This document shows, one piece after another, positions 57,979 to 64,000 of a stretch of 64,000 nt of DNA (the stretch's first letter is position 1; every line of letters begins with the position of its first letter). The position numbers and the translations under genes are program-made. The DNA comes from an uncultured Gemmatimonadaceae bacterium. Lineage in GTDB: Bacteria; Gemmatimonadota; Gemmatimonadetes; Gemmatimonadales; Gemmatimonadaceae. The notes under the pieces were generated by a model. The model was given only the letters and a program-made list of their open reading frames with translations. It had not been told where the DNA came from and searched no databases. Location of the stretch: assembly GCA_963817955.1 (NCBI GenBank), contig CAWFQK010000004.1, positions 320,001 through 384,000 on the forward strand, in the 5' to 3' direction.

Positions 57979-58940
57979 GTGACGCTGAGATCGTCGAGCG
58001 CGGCAAACGCGTCATTCGCCTGGAGCGTGAGGCGCTCACCGAGATCGAGAATCGTCTCGGTGGCGAGTTCGCTCATGCGGTGACGCTCATTGCCAACTCA
58101 CCTGGCCGCGTCATCGTGGCCGGCGTGGGTAAGTCGGGCCTCATTGGCCGAAAGATCGCCGCGACGCTGACTTCGACCGGCACGCCAGCGACCTTCCTCC
58201 ATCCGGCAGACAGCGTCCACGGCGACCTCGGAATCGTCGGCAGCACTGACGTGGCCATTCTCATTTCGAAGAGCGGCGAGTCCGACGAACTGCTGTCCCT
58301 GTTGGCGCATTTGAAAGGCTTCGGGGTACCAACCATCGCCATCACTGGCCAAGGCCATTCGGCGTTGGGACGGAATTGCGATGTCTCGCTCGATGCCGGG
58401 GTGCGCGAGGAAGCCTGCCCCCACGATCTTGCGCCGACATCGAGTACCACAGCCGCCCTCGTGCTGGGTGACGCGCTCGCGGTGGCGTTGCTGCAGGAAA
58501 AGGGATTTCAACGCGGGGACTTCGCTCGGATTCACCCGGGGGGAGCGCTCGGACGAAAGCTGGTGGTTCAGGTCGAAGAGATCATGCTGCGTGACGAGCT
58601 GCCGGTGTTGCGCCACGACGATACCATGCGCCAGGCGATCGTGATGATTGCGGAACGGCGCGGCGTTGCCGTCGTCGTGGATGCGCAGCATCGGGTGGAA
58701 GGCGTGCTCACCGCGGGCGACCTGAGCCGGATGATCGAGCGCGGAGGAGATATCCTCCCCGTAACCGTACGAACTGTCATGACCAAGAATCCGAAACTCG
58801 CCCGCGCCGGCGAGTTGGCCAGCGCGGTCGCATATCGCATGGAGCAACACGGCATCATGGCCATTCCGGTCGTCGACGACGCTGATACACTGATAGGCGT
58901 CGTGCACCTTCATGACCTCATGCGGGCCAGGGTCATATGA
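57975..58940 (+). CDS. kdsD: Arabinose-5-phosphate isomerase (SIS + CBS)
   Basis: GVGKSG, HGDLG, EACPHDLAPTSST, HPGGALG. Confidence 0.95.
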   Translation: MSDAEIVERGKRVIRLEREALTEIENRLGGEFAHAVTLIANSPGRVIVAGVGKSGLIGRKIAATLTSTGTPATFLHPADSVHGDLGIVGSTDVAILISKSGESDELLSLLAHLKGFGVPTIAITGQGHSALGRNCDVSLDAGVREEACPHDLAPTSSTTAALVLGDALAVALLQEKGFQRGDFARIHPGGALGRKLVVQVEEIMLRDELPVLRHDDTMRQAIVMIAERRGVAVVVDAQHRVEGVLTAGDLSRMIERGGDILPVTVRTVMTKNPKLARAGELASAVAYRMEQHGIMAIPVVDDADTLIGVVHLHDLMRARVI

Positions 58941-59488
58941 TGCGCCGCATGCTATTGGCCTGCGTCGCCTGCGTCGCGGTTGCGGCAGGGGCCTGTCAGG
59001 GCGCAAAGCAGCCTCCCGTTGTCGCCGGTCCCGGAGCGGCAGACAGTGCGGACCAGGTCCTGTTTCACGCCCAATACCTGCTCACCACCAACGGAATCCA
59101 GCGCGGCAATCTCGTTGCCGACACCGCGTACGTACTCGACGACCAGACGCGTTTCGACCTGCGCAAGGCCCACGCGACGTTCACCACCGAGACTGGCACG
59201 CCGCAGGGCACCATGGACGCCAAACGGGCCGTGTACAGCACCCGGACGCAAATCCTGGAGGGCTGGGGAGACGTGTTGGTGAAATTCGTCGACGGACGAT
59301 CGCTCGCGTCGCCACACGTGATCTTCAATCAGATCACGCACCAGATCTCGAGCGATACGACGTACACGCTCACCCGCGGCGCGGACTCGCAGCATGGCAT
59401 CGGTTTTACGTCGAACCAGACGTTCTCGACGCTCACGTGCCAGCGCGCCTGCGGCGGGACCACCTCCGTGTTGTTTCCGGAGAAATGA
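58937..59488 (+). CDS. lptC: LPS export protein LptC, probable lipoprotein
   Basis: Canonical position after kdsD/kdsC; beta-rich; signal peptide with lipobox AGA-C. Confidence 0.78.
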   Translation: MMRRMLLACVACVAVAAGACQGAKQPPVVAGPGAADSADQVLFHAQYLLTTNGIQRGNLVADTAYVLDDQTRFDLRKAHATFTTETGTPQGTMDAKRAVYSTRTQILEGWGDVLVKFVDGRSLASPHVIFNQITHQISSDTTYTLTRGADSQHGIGFTSNQTFSTLTCQRACGGTTSVLFPEK

Positions 59489-60882
59489 TCACGCGCTGGG
59501 TTCGGTTCGTGATGGTCCTCGCTGCGTGGGCCTTGCCACCAGCGCTCGCCGCCCAACGTCCAACGCAATGCACGCTTGTGGAGCAGCCGACCACGCACCT
59601 CCGCTCAGACTCGACGGCGGCAGGGCAGGTATTGTTCATTGGCGGAGGCGTCCTCATTCGATGTCCCGGCCGCGGCACGACGCTGCGCGGCGACAGCGCC
59701 GAACGCTATCCCGACCATGACTACATGGTGGGCCACGTCGTGTATGACGAGCCGCGGTTCCACGTCACGTCTGACTTTCTGAACTACTTCCCGGTCGACG
59801 CACGCGTCGTCGCTGTGGGCAACGTCAATGCACGTCTGCCCACCGGCAGCACGCTCGTCGGCCCCGTCGCTGAATACCTGCGCGCTGTGCCCGGCCTGCG
59901 CCCCCGCAAACAGATACGGGCGCGCGCACGTCCGACGATCACAATCGTCGAGAAGGATTCGGCTGGAAAGGCGATGCCTCCAATGGTCGTCGTCGCCAAC
60001 GAGGTATTCATGGACGGCGACAGCCTCATCTACGGCAGCGGTCAGGTGACGATTACGCGGCCCGAACAAAGCGCCACGGCGGATTCAGCCTTCATTGACG
60101 AGGGCCGCGAGACGATGCGCCTGATGCGCAATCCGGTACTCAGCGGCAAGAAGGATCGTCCGTTCACGTTGAAGGGCGATCTCATCGACATGTTCTCGCA
60201 GAACCGCAAGCTGCAGCGCGTCCTTGCCAGCGCCAACGCCACTGCGGTGAGCGACTCGATGACGCTGAAATCGGATACTATTGACTTGCGCGTTCAGAAC
60301 GATTTGCTCGATCATGCATACGCCTGGGGAAAGACCAGCCGTGCCCGCGCCCTCTCGCCGTCGCAGAACCTGCTCGCCGATTCTCTCGACGTGCTCATGC
60401 CGAATCAGAAGGTGCAACTCGTGCGCGCGCTGAACAGCGCTTTCGCTGCTGGCAAGCCGGACACCACGCGGTTCAAGCTCGAGAAGCCAGATACCATCGA
60501 TTGGCTGGCAGGCGACACGATCGTCGCGCATTTCGACAGTCTTCCGGCCAAGGACACGTCGAAGGCGCCGAGCATCAAGCGACTCGTCTCGTCGGGACAC
60601 GCCAGATCGCTCTACCATATGGCGCCAAGCGACACTGCAGAACGCCGCCCCGCCATTAATTACATGACCGCGCGGATCATCACCGTAGAGTTCGACAAGG
60701 GTAAAGTGGCGACGGTAACCACCGTGGACTCCGTTGTCGGCGTCTTCGTAGAGCCGCGGGCGGACAGCACCGCCCGCTCCGGAAAGGCTATCCCCGGGAC
60801 CCCAGGGACGCCGCCGGGTAAGACACCAGCCAAGCCGGTGCCTCCTAAGTCGATCGTTCCTCTTCCACCAAAGCGGCCGTGA
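59485..60882 (+). CDS. Long OstA/LptA-like periplasmic protein (465 aa)
   Basis: Signal peptide; repeated L.(A/G)DS/DT beta-jellyroll-like motifs; located between lptC and lptB; Pro-rich tail. Confidence 0.7.
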   Translation: MITRWVRFVMVLAAWALPPALAAQRPTQCTLVEQPTTHLRSDSTAAGQVLFIGGGVLIRCPGRGTTLRGDSAERYPDHDYMVGHVVYDEPRFHVTSDFLNYFPVDARVVAVGNVNARLPTGSTLVGPVAEYLRAVPGLRPRKQIRARARPTITIVEKDSAGKAMPPMVVVANEVFMDGDSLIYGSGQVTITRPEQSATADSAFIDEGRETMRLMRNPVLSGKKDRPFTLKGDLIDMFSQNRKLQRVLASANATAVSDSMTLKSDTIDLRVQNDLLDHAYAWGKTSRARALSPSQNLLADSLDVLMPNQKVQLVRALNSAFAAGKPDTTRFKLEKPDTIDWLAGDTIVAHFDSLPAKDTSKAPSIKRLVSSGHARSLYHMAPSDTAERRPAINYMTARIITVEFDKGKVATVTTVDSVVGVFVEPRADSTARSGKAIPGTPGTPPGKTPAKPVPPKSIVPLPPKRP

Positions 60883-62117
60883 CCGGACCGTCAGAATTCA
60901 TCCGCGTTCGCGCCTTCGTCGACCAGCTCGCCCGCGGCGACCGCTCGACGGCGCTCGCCCTCCACGCCCTGATCAGTGCTTCAGACGCAACGGGCGTCGC
61001 CGACTTCGACCAGGCGGCGCGAGTCTACCGCGACGACCACTTGGCGGCCCTTCGGGCCAGCGGGCACGACGCCGAGCGAGAAGCGGGCCGGCTGAGCCTG
61101 GATGAGGTTCGAGCCCACCTCTCAAACTCAGTGTTTCCGCGCCTGGCTGCCGACGGCGTGATTGCGCCACAGCCGCCCGGGCAACCTTGGTCTGCGGTGC
61201 AGCTTACCGCGCGCGTGTGGAGCGACATCAGCTCGATCCGCGATGAAGTCGCGACCGCGTTCCGCGAGACAGGGGAGCATCCCGGCGTTCCGGGCGATGG
61301 CGCGGCAGCTCCGGCCCTGGAACGGCCAGTACCGATGGCCGGCGGGAGCGTCCTCGAGGCCAAAGGGTTGGTCAAAGCCTACCGTCGCCGCCGTGTCGTA
61401 AACGACGTGGCCCTCCGATTGCAACAAGGGGAGATCGTCGGACTGCTGGGCCCGAATGGCGCCGGTAAAACTACGGTGTTCTACATGATCGTGGGTCTCA
61501 TTCAGCCGCTCGCTGGCACGATTGAGATGGACGGCGTCGATATCACGTCAATGGCGATGTACAAGCGGGCCCGGCGGGGAATCGGGTACCTTTCTCAGGA
61601 GCCCTCGATCTTTCGCAAGCTGTCCGTCGAAGACAACATCTTGGCAATTCTCGAGACGTTGAAATTGTCAGCGAGCGAACGACGCACTCGGCTGGAAACG
61701 CTTCTCAACGAACTGAGCATCGAGCACCTGCGACACTTAAAAGCATTCGCGTTATCGGGCGGCGAACGTCGCCGCCTCGAGATCACTCGGGCGTTGGTGA
61801 CCCAACCAAAGTTCATGATGTTGGACGAGCCGTTTGCCGGGGTTGATCCCATTGCCGTGAACGACATCCAGCAGATCGTCGCCAACCTCCGACATCGCGG
61901 CATTGGCGTGCTGATCAGCGATCACAACGTGGAGCAGACCCTGGACATCGTCGATCGCGCCTACATCATGTTCGACGGGCAGGTCAAAGTGTCCGGGACC
62001 GTGCGGGAACTGGTGTTCGATGATACCGTTGCTGACAGCTATCTTGGTCCCACGTTGACAGCGCGTCTCCGCGCTCGATTCGCGGCCGCAGATGAAGGGG
62101 AGCGGATCGCCACATGA
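60879..62117 (+). CDS. lptB: LPS export ABC ATPase LptB with about 150-aa N-terminal extension
   Basis: GPNGAGKTT, GYLSQEPSIF, LSGGERRRLEI, LDEPFAGVDP, DHNV; lptB-rpoN synteny. Confidence 0.93.
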   Translation: MTGPSEFIRVRAFVDQLARGDRSTALALHALISASDATGVADFDQAARVYRDDHLAALRASGHDAEREAGRLSLDEVRAHLSNSVFPRLAADGVIAPQPPGQPWSAVQLTARVWSDISSIRDEVATAFRETGEHPGVPGDGAAAPALERPVPMAGGSVLEAKGLVKAYRRRRVVNDVALRLQQGEIVGLLGPNGAGKTTVFYMIVGLIQPLAGTIEMDGVDITSMAMYKRARRGIGYLSQEPSIFRKLSVEDNILAILETLKLSASERRTRLETLLNELSIEHLRHLKAFALSGGERRRLEITRALVTQPKFMMLDEPFAGVDPIAVNDIQQIVANLRHRGIGVLISDHNVEQTLDIVDRAYIMFDGQVKVSGTVRELVFDDTVADSYLGPTLTARLRARFAAADEGERIAT

Positions 62118-63583
62118 AAGCTGGACTCTCCCAGAGTACGCAGCTGAAGCAGGAGCTGAAGATCAATCCACGCCTGTATCAGGCGATGGATTTACTCTAC
62201 ATGCCGCTGCTGGATCTTCAGCAGCACCTGAAGCAGGAACTGCTGAACAATCCTTTCCTCGATATGGTCGAGGACGAGGAGGAGGAAGAGGAATCCGAGG
62301 AGGAAACCGTCGAGGCGGAAACGCAGACGGAATCGGAAGAGAAGACCGACCACGACGAAATCGACTGGGAAGAGATCCTCCTCGACGGCTTCGATGCTGG
62401 CGGCCGCCGCGAAGAGCACGAGGAGCGCGAATACTACGAGCCGGTCACCGTCGATTCTCGGGATCTGTCCGATCACCTGCTCGACCAGATTACGCTGCTC
62501 GATCTCACGCCACGCGAGCAGTTCCTTGCAGACGAATTCGTCGGCAACGTCAACGAGGATGGCTACCTCGCCTGTCCACTCGACGACTTGCTCACCACGG
62601 TGAACGACGCGGTGGTGCAGGCCGCCGAAGCACTCGATCGGACGACTGATGACCTGCCGTTGTACACGCGCCGGGAAATCGACGAGATGCTGGTCGTCAT
62701 CCAGGCGCTCGATCCGCCGGGCGTCGGCGCGCGCGACCTGCGCGAGTGCCTCATGCTGCAGCTCAGGGAGGCGGGGCTCGAGCAGTCGGTGCCGTATCGG
62801 CTCGTGCGCGACTGCTTTGACGAGTTGATCAACCACCGCTGGAGCGAGATTTCCAAGCGATTCGGCATCAGCCCGGGCGATGTGCAGAAGGCAGCCGACG
62901 AGATCAAGAAGCTTGATCCCAAGCCGGGCCTCGTGTACTCGGCGGCGAGTGACAATTACATCATCCCGGATCTGATCGTCGACAAGATCGACGGCAAGTA
63001 TCACGTCTTCCTCAATGACGCCAATCTCCCGCGGCTCAAGCTGAGCCGCGCCTATCAGGAGATCGCGCGTGACAAGAAGAAATTCGAGGGTGAGAGCAAG
63101 GAGTTCATCTCCAACAAGCTCAATTCGGCGAACTGGATGATTCAGGCCATCGAGCAACGCCGGCAGACGATGCTGAAGGTGATGAACTACATCGTGGACC
63201 GGCAGCGCGACTTCTTCGAGAAAGGCGTGCAGTACCTCAAGCCCCTCACGCTCCGCGAAGTGGCGGAAGTCATCAACATGCACGAGTCCACCGTGAGCCG
63301 CGTGACGAATGAGAAGTTCGTGCAGACGCCGCGCGGTGTGCTGCCGCTCAAGTTCTTCTTCTCGTCCGGCCTGTCGACCACGGCCGGCGAAGACGTCTCG
63401 GCGCGTGGTATCAAGGCACAAATCGAGAAGCTCGTGTCAGACGAGGACCCGAAGCATCCGCTCACCGACCAGGCGATCGTGAACATCCTGAAGGAGAGCG
63501 GTGTCCAGATCGCCCGCCGCACGGTGGCGAAATACCGGGATCAGTTGGGAGTGCTCTCGGCACGCATGCGCAAGCGGGTATGA
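62114..63583 (+). CDS. rpoN: RNA polymerase sigma-54 factor
   Basis: HESTVSR helix-turn-helix and RpoN box ARRTVAKYR. Confidence 0.97.
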   Translation: MKAGLSQSTQLKQELKINPRLYQAMDLLYMPLLDLQQHLKQELLNNPFLDMVEDEEEEEESEEETVEAETQTESEEKTDHDEIDWEEILLDGFDAGGRREEHEEREYYEPVTVDSRDLSDHLLDQITLLDLTPREQFLADEFVGNVNEDGYLACPLDDLLTTVNDAVVQAAEALDRTTDDLPLYTRREIDEMLVVIQALDPPGVGARDLRECLMLQLREAGLEQSVPYRLVRDCFDELINHRWSEISKRFGISPGDVQKAADEIKKLDPKPGLVYSAASDNYIIPDLIVDKIDGKYHVFLNDANLPRLKLSRAYQEIARDKKKFEGESKEFISNKLNSANWMIQAIEQRRQTMLKVMNYIVDRQRDFFEKGVQYLKPLTLREVAEVINMHESTVSRVTNEKFVQTPRGVLPLKFFFSSGLSTTAGEDVSARGIKAQIEKLVSDEDPKHPLTDQAIVNILKESGVQIARRTVAKYRDQLGVLSARMRKRV

Positions 63584-64000
63584 CATCCACCTCGGGAGTG
63601 AGCTCGGTGCCCCCCGCTCACGCACCCCACGCCACTCGCCCGCCGTCACCCGCTGTCGATGTCTCCGTGCTCGTCCCCGCCAAGGACGAGGCGGAGAACC
63701 TGCCGTTGTTCATGGAGCAGGCGGCCGTCGCCTTTTCGTCGTCACCGCACCGCTTCGAGGTCATCGTCATCGACGACGGCAGCACCGACGGCACCTGGGC
63801 GGTGCTGCAGGCGCTGGCCCAGCAGTATCCCTTTCTGCGGCTGGCGCGGCATCGCTCCCGACGCGGCATCGCCGATGCGTTGCGCACGGGCTACCTTGAT
63901 GCACGTGGCGACGTGCTGGTGTTCTATCCCGCCGACCTCCAGTTCAAGCCGGAAGACATACCGCGTCTCACCGCGCCGATCCTCGCGGGCGACGCCGATA
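63580..64000 (+). CDS. Family 2 glycosyltransferase (DPM1/ArnC-like), truncated by window edge
   Basis: Own translation from ATG 63580: VSVLVPAKDEAENL..VIVIDDGSTDGT..ADLQFKPEDIP. Confidence 0.88.
   Translation, partial: MTSTSGVSSVPPAHAPHATRPPSPAVDVSVLVPAKDEAENLPLFMEQAAVAFSSSPHRFEVIVIDDGSTDGTWAVLQALAQQYPFLRLARHRSRRGIADALRTGYLDARGDVLVFYPADLQFKPEDIPRLTAPILAGDAD

Overview
A high-GC bacterial core-genome window with about 70 tightly packed housekeeping genes, all on the + strand except dcd. Protein style and gene order suggest Gemmatimonadota (my inference, not a database result). Order: gmk-rpoZ-coaBC-udg-dnaB-radA-ispD-tsaC-LMW phosphatase-aroE-comF-gap-pgk-tpiA-secG-carA-HU/IHF-moaDEA-mdh-sdhCAB-small tail-anchored ORF; dcd (minus strand); nuoA-N; PMM/PGM-UPF0182-carbamate kinase-sucCD-EIIA/CBS-ndk; yceD-rpmF-plsX-fabHDG-acpP-fabF-ispF-xerD; trpG/pabA-exported barrel-like protein; kdsB-pyrG-kdsACD-lptC-lptA-like-lptB-rpoN-GT2. 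I found no rRNA, tRNA, CRISPR array, prophage or transposase. Frameshifts are dense at about 2.6-5.6 kb and 20.9-35.3 kb and hit essential genes, so they are best read as sequencing/consensus errors, and boundaries there are approximate. Best leads: (1) a divergent Lpt module with lipoprotein-type LptC, a 465-aa LptA-like protein and LptB carrying a ~150-aa extra N-terminal domain; (2) a carbamate kinase-sucCD-EIIA/CBS-ndk cluster; (3) a Rex-like operator at the nuo promoter; (4) a palindromic repeat between nuoF and nuoG that encodes a coupled 33-aa micro-ORF; (5) three apparently leaderless promoters; (6) a YwlE-type arginine phosphatase; (7) degenerate heptamer repeats. None of these is shown to be novel from sequence alone.
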